Shown here: positions 8,755-17,601 of the stretch, piece after piece
Position numbering within the stretch: position 1 is the first letter of the stretch
Layout: the number at the start of each line of letters is the position of its first letter
Source of the DNA: Pseudomonadota bacterium
GTDB taxonomy: Bacteria; Bdellovibrionota_B; Oligoflexia; Oligoflexales; CAIMVM01
Assembly (NCBI GenBank): GCA_037142195.1
Contig: JBAXBA010000034.1
Coordinates: forward strand, 1-35,400
Length of the DNA stretch: 35,400 bases
Direction of reading: 5' to 3'
The notes under the pieces: generated by a model
Database searches by the model: none
Seen by the model: the letters and a program-made list of their open reading frames with translations, nothing else
Told to the model about the DNA's origin: nothing
Program-made: the position numbers and the translations under genes

Positions 8755-9629
8755 TATCGATCCTCAGAATGTTTCTCTTTTTTTCCAAGCTGAGCTACGC
8801 GCTCTTTGGATTTAACACCCTGGTCTGTTTTGGGGAAATCTTTAATAACTTCGTTATAGTAGATAAGGGCCGTATCATTGTCGCCCAAGTGCCTATAGCA
8901 ATCGCCCATGCGCATCTTGGCTAAAGGCAGAAATTTTTTTGAAGGCTTCATTTCTAGAAACTCATTATATTTTATCGCAGCTTCTTTGATGTCGCCGTTT
9001 TTAAAAAGACTTTCCGCATAAATTGAAAAAAACTCTTCCTTTTCAACTTTCTTGTCAAATTTAGGCAGCCACTGGGGAGCAACTTCAATAACTTGTTTCC
9101 ACTTGTTTTTATTGAATAGCACTCTTGCTTCTTTGATCGCTTTAGATCCTGATTCTTTCGGGTCGACAATTAGCCTTGAATCTTGTTCCTTAGCGGGCTT
9201 TGCTTCCGAAGTATTGGAATCCAAGCGACTCCCACCGGAGATTCCTTTAGATTTTTCGAGCAATTCGATAATCTCTTTTTGGGAAAGCTCGAGCGCGGTC
9301 ATTCGAGACTCTAAAGAATTCACGCGTCCGAGAAGAGAGTCTTTTCCTGTATCGATACCTGGCACATCTCCCTTTTCAAGAGCCCTACGCAGAAGGTCAA
9401 TATCGCCTGCCATTTTACTTTGTTGTTGGGAGAGTCGATCTATATTGGCTCCAGTTGAAGCCATAGCTTTTACGCCCGTTCCTGATGTTTTATCCTGGGA
9501 GACATTTTGTTCAAGTTGGCTGTATTGGGCATTCAACCGATCGATATCTGAGCGCATTTGATGTTGCTCATTTAAAGTAAGACATCCCGTAAAAAATCCA
9601 GCTAAAATCAAAACGCATATCGGCTTCAT
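8754..9629 (-). CDS. cpoB: YbgF/CpoB-like coiled-coil + TPR lipoprotein
   Basis: Lipobox FTGC after ATG 9629 (GAGGTG SD); N-terminal coiled coil; C-terminal TPRs ending YNEVIKDFPKT. No pal next to it, so orthology is uncertain. Confidence 0.6.
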   Translation of the reverse strand: MKPICVLILAGFFTGCLTLNEQHQMRSDIDRLNAQYSQLEQNVSQDKTSGTGVKAMASTGANIDRLSQQQSKMAGDIDLLRRALEKGDVPGIDTGKDSLLGRVNSLESRMTALELSQKEIIELLEKSKGISGGSRLDSNTSEAKPAKEQDSRLIVDPKESGSKAIKEARVLFNKNKWKQVIEVAPQWLPKFDKKVEKEEFFSIYAESLFKNGDIKEAAIKYNEFLEMKPSKKFLPLAKMRMGDCYRHLGDNDTALIYYNEVIKDFPKTDQGVKSKERVAQLGKKEKHSEDR

Positions 9630-9688
9630 GATCACCTCGAAATAATCCATGGATCATTAAACCACGTCCCATCAAGCTTTCGCAAGGC

Positions 9689-10189
9689 TTAGCCCGTTTT
9701 CTTTTTAGGTTTTTCAAGAGGCAGTTCCCGTCCTTCTAGATCTCTTTTGGGGAGATCTACAAGTTTTCCATTGATCTTTCGTTGTCTGAGCATAGCCACG
9801 CGCCTAAACATCTCATTGGCTTCTTTCTGAAATTCCCAATAATAACGAGGACTTCTTATCACATTTGATTTGGAAATCGTCGTCAAAATCATATACTCTG
9901 ACTCGATCAAAGAGCCGTTCATGATGTCAAAGCGCATGCGAACGGCCTCTTCTCTCGATGTCGGACGCTTCAATTCCGGGCGCGGGACATAATCCACCCA
10001 AGGAACAAGCTTTCTATCTTGGGATACTTTTTCTTGGTTACCTGTGGAATCTGATGTATGCTCCGGAACCGAGGACAACTCTACTGAAGAGTCATCATTT
10101 TGAGTAGGAAATGATTCAGCTTCGCCGGTTGCGTTTAGACCGTTGTCGTTGTTTTCTACGTCAGAATTGGTGTCATCTTGACCGTCCAT
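9689..10189 (-). CDS. Hypothetical protein (166 aa): acidic disordered N-terminus, basic C-terminal domain
   Basis: Strong AGGAGGAG SD; fills the gap co-oriented with the cpoB-like gene. No family recognised. Confidence 0.75.
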   Translation of the reverse strand: MDGQDDTNSDVENNDNGLNATGEAESFPTQNDDSSVELSSVPEHTSDSTGNQEKVSQDRKLVPWVDYVPRPELKRPTSREEAVRMRFDIMNGSLIESEYMILTTISKSNVIRSPRYYWEFQKEANEMFRRVAMLRQRKINGKLVDLPKRDLEGRELPLEKPKKKTG

Positions 10190-10246
10190 AGACTCCTCCT
10201 GTTGCTACCTATGATTCATCGGAAGAAACAGCGACAATAAAGAATC

Positions 10247-10279
10247 TAGTTTCGTAGGAAGATTATTCCTATCAAACTA
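10247..10279. promoter_or_regulatory. Imperfect palindrome in the divergent intergenic region (5' UTR hairpin or operator)
   Basis: TAGTTT-cg-TAGGAA-gatta-TTCCTA-tc-AAACTA, about 25 nt upstream of the helicase ATG. Confidence 0.4.
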
Positions 10280-10303
10280 ACCAATAATTACTGAGGCTTA
10301 CAA

Positions 10304-12136
10304 ATGTCGATTGATTCTAAAGAAGACTCCCTAGTGGGTGAAGATACAGAAGTGCCCACCGAGATTCAGGCCGAGGAAGAATCCCTTCTTGAAATTGATT
10401 TGATTGAAGCGATTCAAGACGATCGGGACGAGTCCAGCGTCACCAAGACAACTTACCTAAAGCCTGCCAATGAATTTTCAGATTTAGACCTGAAGGACGC
10501 CTTAAGAGAAGCCATCACTGAGCTCGGATGGACAAAACCCACCCCAGTGCAAGGGCTTTGCCTACCTCACACACTTGCAGGCCGAGATGTAGCTGGCTTT
10601 GCACAAACAGGCACGGGTAAGACTGGCGTTTTTTTAATCACAGTGGCACAGGCCATTTTAAAGCGTCGAGCAGCAACGTCTGACACACCAAATTCACCGT
10701 TGGCTGTTGTATTGGCCCCCACACGAGAACTCGCCGTTCAAATCCACGAAGAAGTAGAGAAACTCGCGGTTAAACTCGATTTAAGATCATTGGCCGTTTT
10801 TGGCGGTATGGATTACGACAAACAAGCCCAGGCTCTAAAAGCTGGTACTGATATCGTTGTGGCGACTCCAGGACGCCTAAAAGATTATATTCAGAAAAAA
10901 ATAGTCTCTATTAAAGATACTACGATGTTTGTTTGTGACGAAGTAGATCGCATGTTCGACATGGGATTTATTGAAGATGTCGAGTTTTTCTTAGAGCGCT
11001 TGCCTGAAAACTGTCAAAAGCTTCTCTTTTCCGCAACTACAAATGATAAGGTAAAAGAACTTGCGTTTGAATACCTAAACAAGCCTGAGTATATATCCGT
11101 AAACCCAGAGGTTATCACCCCGGAATCGATCGAGCAGCACCTGATCTTATGTGACACACCAGAAAAATTGCGTGTTTTAATCGGTTTGCTAAGGGAGCAT
11201 CAGCCCGGGCGTTCCGTGATTTTTGTCAATACAAAACTGACGGCAGAGTGGCTCAAGCATAAACTCACCGGAAATGGACTCGAAGCTGAATCCATTACTG
11301 GGGATATCGCTCAACCTAAACGCATTAGCCTGATTAAAAAAATCAAAGCTGGTCAGGTAAAAATCCTTATAGGAACTGATGTTGCAAGCCGCGGACTTCA
11401 TATTTCTGATGTAACTCATGTCTATAATTTTGATTTGCCCGCAGAGCCGGCAAATTACGTTCACCGCATTGGAAGGACAGCTCGCGCAGGCGCAAAAGGC
11501 CAGGCCTATAGTTTAGTCTGCGAAGAGTATGCTGAAAATTTAGATGCTATTAAAACATTAGTTGGAATCTCCATACCAGCTTGTTCCTGGTTTCCTAAAG
11601 AATATCTGGATATTGTCGATGTCTCTGGCAATCCCTTTCAAGATGGTAAAGTACGTGGCTTTAAAGTTACGGAAAGAAAGCCCTTTGGAAAAGGACCAAG
11701 AGATGGAAAAGGCCCAAGAGCGGGTAGTCGTGACTCGCGTGATCGAAACGATCGCGGCCCGAGACCAGAGGGCAAGTTTTCCAAAGACAGAAATTTTGAT
11801 GCTAAACCTGGCCCCAAGGGCAGGACTCCCTATAAAGATGCTCCTCATGGAAAGAGTACAACATCTGGGCGTCCCCATGACCCATCAAAAGCTAAGCATC
11901 GCGGCCCTGCAAACCCATCGACCCCTCAACGGGATCATCGTTTTGAAAGTCGGCAGCGCCACGAATATTCAGAATCTACCGGACGTGGTTCAAGACCCTA
12001 TCAAAAGACCCATCAGCCGAATCAAAATGAGCACTTTAATAAAGAGACCTCAACTTTATCTGGACAGTCCCTGCAAAAGAAGAGTGTCTTGACGGTTCTT
12101 AAAACCGTATTTAAATCGCTGTTTGGCTCTAAATGA
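10304..12136 (+). CDS. rhlB: DEAD-box RNA helicase, RhlB-like
   Basis: Q motif PTPVQ, AQTGTGKT, PTRELA, TPGRL, DEVD, FSAT, RhlB-like GDIAQPKR and TDVASRGLHI, HRIGRTARAG; acidic N-tail and R/G/P-rich C-tail. Confidence 0.8.
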   Translation: MSIDSKEDSLVGEDTEVPTEIQAEEESLLEIDLIEAIQDDRDESSVTKTTYLKPANEFSDLDLKDALREAITELGWTKPTPVQGLCLPHTLAGRDVAGFAQTGTGKTGVFLITVAQAILKRRAATSDTPNSPLAVVLAPTRELAVQIHEEVEKLAVKLDLRSLAVFGGMDYDKQAQALKAGTDIVVATPGRLKDYIQKKIVSIKDTTMFVCDEVDRMFDMGFIEDVEFFLERLPENCQKLLFSATTNDKVKELAFEYLNKPEYISVNPEVITPESIEQHLILCDTPEKLRVLIGLLREHQPGRSVIFVNTKLTAEWLKHKLTGNGLEAESITGDIAQPKRISLIKKIKAGQVKILIGTDVASRGLHISDVTHVYNFDLPAEPANYVHRIGRTARAGAKGQAYSLVCEEYAENLDAIKTLVGISIPACSWFPKEYLDIVDVSGNPFQDGKVRGFKVTERKPFGKGPRDGKGPRAGSRDSRDRNDRGPRPEGKFSKDRNFDAKPGPKGRTPYKDAPHGKSTTSGRPHDPSKAKHRGPANPSTPQRDHRFESRQRHEYSESTGRGSRPYQKTHQPNQNEHFNKETSTLSGQSLQKKSVLTVLKTVFKSLFGSK

Positions 12137-12186
12137 CAGAGTGCGATTTCATTAAGAGTTAGACGTATTCCATAGGCACTCGACGA

Positions 12187-12222
12187 ATAAACTCCGCCAG
12201 TGGAATCTATCCCTGGCGGTTA
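12187..12222. terminator. Stem-loop between convergent genes
   Basis: CCGCCAG(12193-99)/CTGGCGG(12212-18), inner GGA/TCC, outer ATAA/TTAT; no clear T-tract. Confidence 0.4.
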
Positions 12223-12304
12223 TAGTATCGCTTTAATAGGCAACTTGATCCTTAAAGAATAGATTTTTTTCTAGTCACCTAAGGATTCTTATACAAGTTT
12301 CATT

Positions 12305-13126
12305 TTATTCCAGAAGCCGACACGTGTAATTTTCTTCTAAGAGAAGACATTTCGTGCGTTCAAGAGAGCCCAATCGGGTCTCAATATCTCTTAAATTTGA
12401 ACCATGCATGGTAGTTAGTACGGACCCATGGCCGACATTTCTGAGCAGATGAAAAACTTCGATCTCTCTATATTTGATCTCACCCAATACAAATCTCTCT
12501 GCGCTGAGCCTTAGAGATAGTGAAAAAAGATCTAGCATGGAGATAGCACCTCGACCGTCAAAAAAGCCACGGGACTCCTGTAGAAGTGTCCAGCGTGCTG
12601 GAAGGTGTCCCCACTCCATAAAACTGTCTAAAATTACGATTCTCTCACTACCCAAAAAATCATTCATGATTTTTTTCAATAGCGTGGTCTTGCCCGCGCC
12701 TGATACGCCGCAAATAATCAAGTGATCTTCCCGCTCAAAGATGCCAGCTAGGGTTTTTTGAAGCTCCTGATAGCCCGCAAAGTCTGTGTCTTGTGGGTTT
12801 ATATTTTTTCTAAGAATTATTTCTGCGCTATTTGTGACAGGGGGAATCATGGCGACAAATCGACACCTCAATGTAGAAATCTCCCCAGATGCAAAGGGCT
12901 GCAAAGGATCGAGCCTTTCAGAATTTGAAATTACGAATTCTTGAATGAGAGTCTTAAGTCGTTCCTCAGGGAATGAGTTACTAACGGTCATAAAATTTTC
13001 TTTTAGACGTAGAAGCGTTTTGCCTGGCTTTAAGAAAAGTTCATCAAAATCATAATCTTGATGCATTTGAAAAAAATAGTCCCACAATTTTTGTTTGGCC
13101 ATAAGAACTTTCTGATTTGAGGTCAA
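12305..13126 (-). CDS. Short, divergent CpaF/TadA (VirB11-like) ATPase
   Basis: Walker A GVSGAGKTT, ERIVILD, LRLSAERFVLGE (cf. LRMRPDRIIVGE), His box GHGSVLTTMH. Start uncertain (TTG 13126 or ATG 13102). Confidence 0.75.
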   Translation of the reverse strand: MTSNQKVLMAKQKLWDYFFQMHQDYDFDELFLKPGKTLLRLKENFMTVSNSFPEERLKTLIQEFVISNSERLDPLQPFASGEISTLRCRFVAMIPPVTNSAEIILRKNINPQDTDFAGYQELQKTLAGIFEREDHLIICGVSGAGKTTLLKKIMNDFLGSERIVILDSFMEWGHLPARWTLLQESRGFFDGRGAISMLDLFSLSLRLSAERFVLGEIKYREIEVFHLLRNVGHGSVLTTMHGSNLRDIETRLGSLERTKCLLLEENYTCRLLE

Positions 13127-13156
13127 TGGGTCAGAGCTTTTACGAGTGTTACGAAT

Positions 13157-13999
13157 TTAGTGTAGACATGCCAACTGAAGGCTATGAATCGAACGCGCGC
13201 CTTCAGCGGCCAACCTTTTGCTGAGAGGGGAGTCTCTTTCCCCTACTGCAGATACGTAAATTTCCTTGCCATAACCTAAAGCAAACTTAATGGTTGTGCT
13301 GCTGCCAGATCGTTCATCTCCTTGAATCAAAATAACCACATCTGAAAGTGCAGCAATGATTCGATTTCTCGCTATAAAGTCACCGGGAGACGGGACATGG
13401 TGGATAAATTTTTCTGACACAATAAGACCACCGCTATCTGCAAGGGAGTCAAAGTAACGCAAATGGGCCAAAGGGTAGGGCTTTAAAAGACCCCCAGGCA
13501 AAACGACGGTTCCTAAATGGGCATAGGGGCTTTGGATCACCTTAAGTTTAGAGGCGATGTCGCAGCCAAACGCCCCTCCGCAAAGTATTTCAAATCCTTC
13601 TTTGGCTAATCCAAGGCCAAGGTCAGAGGCTTCCATTTTGGCCTCATTTGTGGCACGCCTCGAGCCGATGATCGCGATCCTCGCACGAATCGCAAATACG
13701 CCCCTTGTGAACAGCACATGGGGTGGGTCAGGGATGTATCGAAGATTTTGGGGCCAATTGGAGGACAAAGGTGTCAAAACCTCGTAGCCTAAGTCACGGT
13801 GAAACTGTATGTTCCGAAAAACCTGATCCATTACGAATTTTGCGTCTATGGTTCTAGATAAGTGCATTTTTCTAGTAAGTGCGGATACAAATTCGTATGG
13901 GGAATCGAAAGTTGATCCCAAATCGACAAGAGACTTAGGGACATATCTCCCCACTATTTGGGAAACGCCGTGCAGCAAATAAAAATGAATATCTTTCAT
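13157..13999 (-). CDS. dprA: DNA-processing protein DprA (short, divergent)
   Basis: LRYIPDPPHVLFTRG, AIIGSR, GGAFGCD (cf. SGLAxGID), GLIVSE, FIARNRIIAALS, SGSSTT, LAAEGA; AAGGAG SD. Confidence 0.88.
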   Translation of the reverse strand: MKDIHFYLLHGVSQIVGRYVPKSLVDLGSTFDSPYEFVSALTRKMHLSRTIDAKFVMDQVFRNIQFHRDLGYEVLTPLSSNWPQNLRYIPDPPHVLFTRGVFAIRARIAIIGSRRATNEAKMEASDLGLGLAKEGFEILCGGAFGCDIASKLKVIQSPYAHLGTVVLPGGLLKPYPLAHLRYFDSLADSGGLIVSEKFIHHVPSPGDFIARNRIIAALSDVVILIQGDERSGSSTTIKFALGYGKEIYVSAVGERDSPLSKRLAAEGARSIHSLQLACLH

Positions 14000-14069
14000 A
14001 GAGCTCCTTTATACGGAAGGCCCTACTGAGATATCTCCTAAAAGTTTTTTGTTGAAGTCAGAAAATAAA

Positions 14070-15749
14070 TCAACGCGACGAGGCACGATCACCCAATGCC
14101 ACGGCATCTCTTGACGAAACAATGTAGGCCGTCGCGACATCAGCTTTTACATCAAGAATTTTAGCTGTTGCCGCATGTTGTAAATTAACAAGATCATTAT
14201 GTTCCCTAGTTGAGGCAAATCCAAAGGTATTTCGATATAAGTTAACTAAGGCCCCTGGAGAAGATTTAATTCCAGCAATGAATACAAAGTTTCCTGTGGC
14301 GCCAATTTGGCTTTCTTCAAAGTCAAATCCAACGACTTCACCACTTGCATCACTTCCCTTTACAAATTGATCAGAAATGGGGACCGAACGTCGATTGGCA
14401 ATATAGGGGACGATGATATCACCTGGTTGAATTCCCCGGTCTGATTCGATAACGGTTGCCAAATAGTAGTCATCATCGTTCATTTTATTTTGCATCGTAA
14501 TTTTTCCGGCGTACTCATATCTATACCCAACGGTTCCACTCCCACTAAAAGTCGAGACCTTACCAGAGTAGCGAATCACAGAATAGATCGTCCCGGGATT
14601 TAGCCCGTCTTCATCTTCGATCACTACTTGATTTCCAACACCTGCGTTGATATTGGCATCGACTCCCGTAAATACTGTGCCTAGAGCTGACTGGGTGTCT
14701 TCAAAAATAAATGCAGGTATATTTACTTGCATTTCTGTGGGAACAAAAGGCGATCCAAAGTAATCGATATCTGAACTATCTGTAGTTACATCTAAAACAT
14801 CAACGATTGAGTCGGGATCGATTTCAAATCCTTGCTCGACCTTCTTTTGCGGAAGGGGAGCAATCTGAAAAGGGGAATCCACCAAAGATGCCATGCTTAA
14901 GCCAGCACTGTTAGTGGGAACCATGGAGTCTGCATTGCTAATTTGTAAATAGGGTGGGTTAGCTTCATCTCCGGAATAGAATTTTAAATTCATACCCGGC
15001 CAAATAAAGTGGGGATTTTTAATCTCGGAGTTGAAGGACCAAAGCTTTGGCCAATAGCCCGGCTCGTCTAAGAGCTGATCGCAAACATCAGTAAGAGTAT
15101 CTCCTGGCTCTACTTTATAGAATTCAGGTGCCTCTCCCTCGCTAAGAGTTTTTATGTTCCCAGGGAAAGGAGGCGCACCTGTAAACTCATTGGTGACCAA
15201 GGGTTCAAGTGAATCCATGGAAGTGGCGGAAGTTGGCACGGCATTAGCCACTTGGGACCCTGCATCAGGTATTTGGCCACCGGGTTGACTTATAGCGGGA
15301 TTTTGTAGGGCACCTTGGTCTACTATATTACTTGGCTTCGTAGAATCGCTGATTGGGTTCGAACCTGTAGCATTGGCTTCAGGCAACTGGCTGAGTTTAG
15401 CGCTACTTGAGGGCAATTCAGCGTCGTCGATCACCATAGGATTTTCGCCAAAACCTAGGTTTTCGGCCTTATTATCGGCTGGCTGCAATGCATTCATCTC
15501 AGCACCATTTTCTAGAGCACTTGAATTTGCATCAATATCTTGACTGTCTAAGGAATCCCCATTGCCTTGTGATGCAGAATTTGTGCTACTTTCAGTTTGG
15601 GACCCGTTGGCTTGATTTTGGCTAGCATTCTGCTGAGAGAATGAATTTTCTTGATTTGGCGCCCCTTGTTGGCTCTGAGCCAAGACTTGATGACTAAAGC
15701 TAACAAAGGCCAGTAGGAGCATTCGGCCCATGCAATAGGATACTTTCAT
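14070..15749 (-). CDS. Secreted LysM peptidoglycan-binding protein, TsaP-like
   Basis: Signal peptide; ~180-aa Q/N/S/A/P-rich linker; LysM YKVEPGDTL...WPKLWSFNSEIKNPHFIWPG; beta-rich C-terminus; immediately upstream of dprA, the usual tsaP context. Confidence 0.8.
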   Translation of the reverse strand: MKVSYCMGRMLLLAFVSFSHQVLAQSQQGAPNQENSFSQQNASQNQANGSQTESSTNSASQGNGDSLDSQDIDANSSALENGAEMNALQPADNKAENLGFGENPMVIDDAELPSSSAKLSQLPEANATGSNPISDSTKPSNIVDQGALQNPAISQPGGQIPDAGSQVANAVPTSATSMDSLEPLVTNEFTGAPPFPGNIKTLSEGEAPEFYKVEPGDTLTDVCDQLLDEPGYWPKLWSFNSEIKNPHFIWPGMNLKFYSGDEANPPYLQISNADSMVPTNSAGLSMASLVDSPFQIAPLPQKKVEQGFEIDPDSIVDVLDVTTDSSDIDYFGSPFVPTEMQVNIPAFIFEDTQSALGTVFTGVDANINAGVGNQVVIEDEDGLNPGTIYSVIRYSGKVSTFSGSGTVGYRYEYAGKITMQNKMNDDDYYLATVIESDRGIQPGDIIVPYIANRRSVPISDQFVKGSDASGEVVGFDFEESQIGATGNFVFIAGIKSSPGALVNLYRNTFGFASTREHNDLVNLQHAATAKILDVKADVATAYIVSSRDAVALGDRASSR

Positions 15750-16633
15750 AATGTGTCCTTTAGATCGGCAAGTAGTTTTCTGGCTTCCTGGGACGAAGGA
15801 GAGTCTTGATGATCGCGGATGATGTCTCGAAGCCCCTCAATGGCTGACTCACGCATCCCAAGTTTTAAGTCTCCTTGTGCCATATATAGTTTCGCTTGGC
15901 TAACTTTGGACGATGTAGGACTGGCCCGAATCATATCTTGAAAATATTGACGTGCAGTCTGATACTCTTTAAGCGCATACCATGAACGTCCCATCCAGAA
16001 AAGTGTTTCCCCTTGCTTGTCTTCCTCACCATAGGATTGATCGACCTTTTGAAATAAGATAAAGGCTTTACCAAATTCACCTTTACCAAAGACGGCAACA
16101 GCCTCAGAAATTTCTTTCTTAAAGGCTGCTTTCTTGGCAGCGCTTCCCTGTGAACTTGTGCTTTGCTTTGAACTCTCCCCTGGGGAGAGATCCGCAAGAA
16201 AACTATCGCCACCATAGTCTGCATCTAAGGAATGGGAATTTGCCTGCCCCTTTTTCAGCTCTTCAGGAATGATCCCAAGGGTTATGGCTTTCTCCAAAAC
16301 TCTTATCTTCTGTGTTTGCAAATTAAGAGTGTTTTCAAGATCATTTACCCTCGCTAGAATGCGAGCCTGCTGAAGGCTACGTTGCTCTTTAGTGGAATCC
16401 TCGGTCCCACCGCCGAATCCTCCGGCTAAGCTTCCTAGAAGACCTTTTTCAGGTGTAGCATCGACCTGGGGGGGCTTGCTGTTTTCCCCATTAGAGGCAC
16501 CTTCAGCTTTTTCTGGCGCCTTGACAACAGCTGGTTCTGATTTTGAAGCATCGCTAGCTGTTTTTTCGTCATCAGAAAAGAATGGAATATGAGAGCAACC
16601 TACAAAAAGGAATATCAGTCCTATTTTTTTCAT
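15746..16633 (-). CDS. TPR lipoprotein (YbgF/CpoB-like architecture)
   Basis: Lipobox FVGC, coiled coil, TPRs (LFWMGRSWYALKEYQTA); ATGA overlap with the LysM gene. Confidence 0.8.
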   Translation of the reverse strand: MKKIGLIFLFVGCSHIPFFSDDEKTASDASKSEPAVVKAPEKAEGASNGENSKPPQVDATPEKGLLGSLAGGFGGGTEDSTKEQRSLQQARILARVNDLENTLNLQTQKIRVLEKAITLGIIPEELKKGQANSHSLDADYGGDSFLADLSPGESSKQSTSSQGSAAKKAAFKKEISEAVAVFGKGEFGKAFILFQKVDQSYGEEDKQGETLFWMGRSWYALKEYQTARQYFQDMIRASPTSSKVSQAKLYMAQGDLKLGMRESAIEGLRDIIRDHQDSPSSQEARKLLADLKDTL

Positions 16634-16642
16634 ACAATCCTC

Positions 16643-17434
16643 CTAGATGGCTTCTGCTTGTGAAACTTGCATGATGTAAATACGAATGGCATTTTCTAAC
16701 TCAGGTGAAACAGAAGTAAACTGAAACCCTAATTTGATCGTCAGCGTTTTCACAAATTTATCGCCTCCATCACTTTCAGTGGCAGTAATTTTCTTAATCC
16801 ATCTAACTTCAATAGGGCAGAGGATAGGTTTTTGAAGAGGAAGGGTTAATATGGCTCCTTCGTCAATAGTACCTCTTGTAGCGTGGGGGAGAACAGACGG
16901 AAAGTGGGTGCTAACTGAAAGTCCTCCTAAGGAAACGTCTTCTACTTTTAAAGTGCCCGCCAAACCTTGAAAGGGAGAAAAATAGGGCATCGCTGTAAAG
17001 TCGTCTTTACTGGGATTGTGGTGTTCCAGCTTTATAAATCCAACATGGTTGCTTGTTGCCTTGAATCGCGCATTTTTCCTTCTTTCAATGGAAACGAGGC
17101 ATTTTGGAAAAGCAACTACCAAAAATTCTTTTTCGCGGAAAATAACTTTGCTGGCAAATACAATTTTAGTCGACATTAAAACAAACTCGACTTGGATAAG
17201 CTCTTTGGCAGCTAAGTAGCGAGCCCCCTTCTCTGAAATCTCAGAGATTCTGATCCCCACTCCTTTTAGTGCGGATTTTTCATCGAGCTCAGCGATGGGT
17301 GCAAGCCTTCCTTTAACAGCAACGCTTGGATCCTTAGGCCAGCGCAAATACACCTGCATATTGGCTTGGATTACTTTTTCCAAGATACGCGCAATGCGAT
17401 CTTCGCTAGTTATTTTTACGATACTCTCTTCCAT
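16643..17434 (-). CDS. PilZ-domain (YcgR-like) c-di-GMP receptor
   Basis: RxxxR (ERRKNAR) and DxSxxG (DVSLGG) both intact; EVRW and LGFQF PilZ strands; YcgR-N-like first domain. Confidence 0.85.
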   Translation of the reverse strand: MEESIVKITSEDRIARILEKVIQANMQVYLRWPKDPSVAVKGRLAPIAELDEKSALKGVGIRISEISEKGARYLAAKELIQVEFVLMSTKIVFASKVIFREKEFLVVAFPKCLVSIERRKNARFKATSNHVGFIKLEHHNPSKDDFTAMPYFSPFQGLAGTLKVEDVSLGGLSVSTHFPSVLPHATRGTIDEGAILTLPLQKPILCPIEVRWIKKITATESDGGDKFVKTLTIKLGFQFTSVSPELENAIRIYIMQVSQAEAI

Positions 17435-17601
17435 TCATCCGCCTTAAGGATTTCACTTCCTATTTTACCATAGTGCTTAGAAGCTTAGCAGCCCATCGAG
17501 TTCGCTCTACTTTGGAAATTGACGTCTTGGCAAAAGTAGCTGATAATATATTGGTATTTAGTTCATCGATGTTCATATTACTAATCAGCAGTAGGCATTT
17601 T

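Noticed and set aside
9052..9561. 169-aa antisense ORF, and similar shadows (2386-2658, 24512-24994, 25392-25796, 33087-33470)
   Set aside because: They lie opposite well-supported genes and show typical antisense Ser/Phe/Leu-rich composition.
11562..12092. 176-aa alternative-frame ORF overlapping the helicase tail
   Set aside because: No SD or recognisable motif; explained by low stop frequency in the low-complexity tail.
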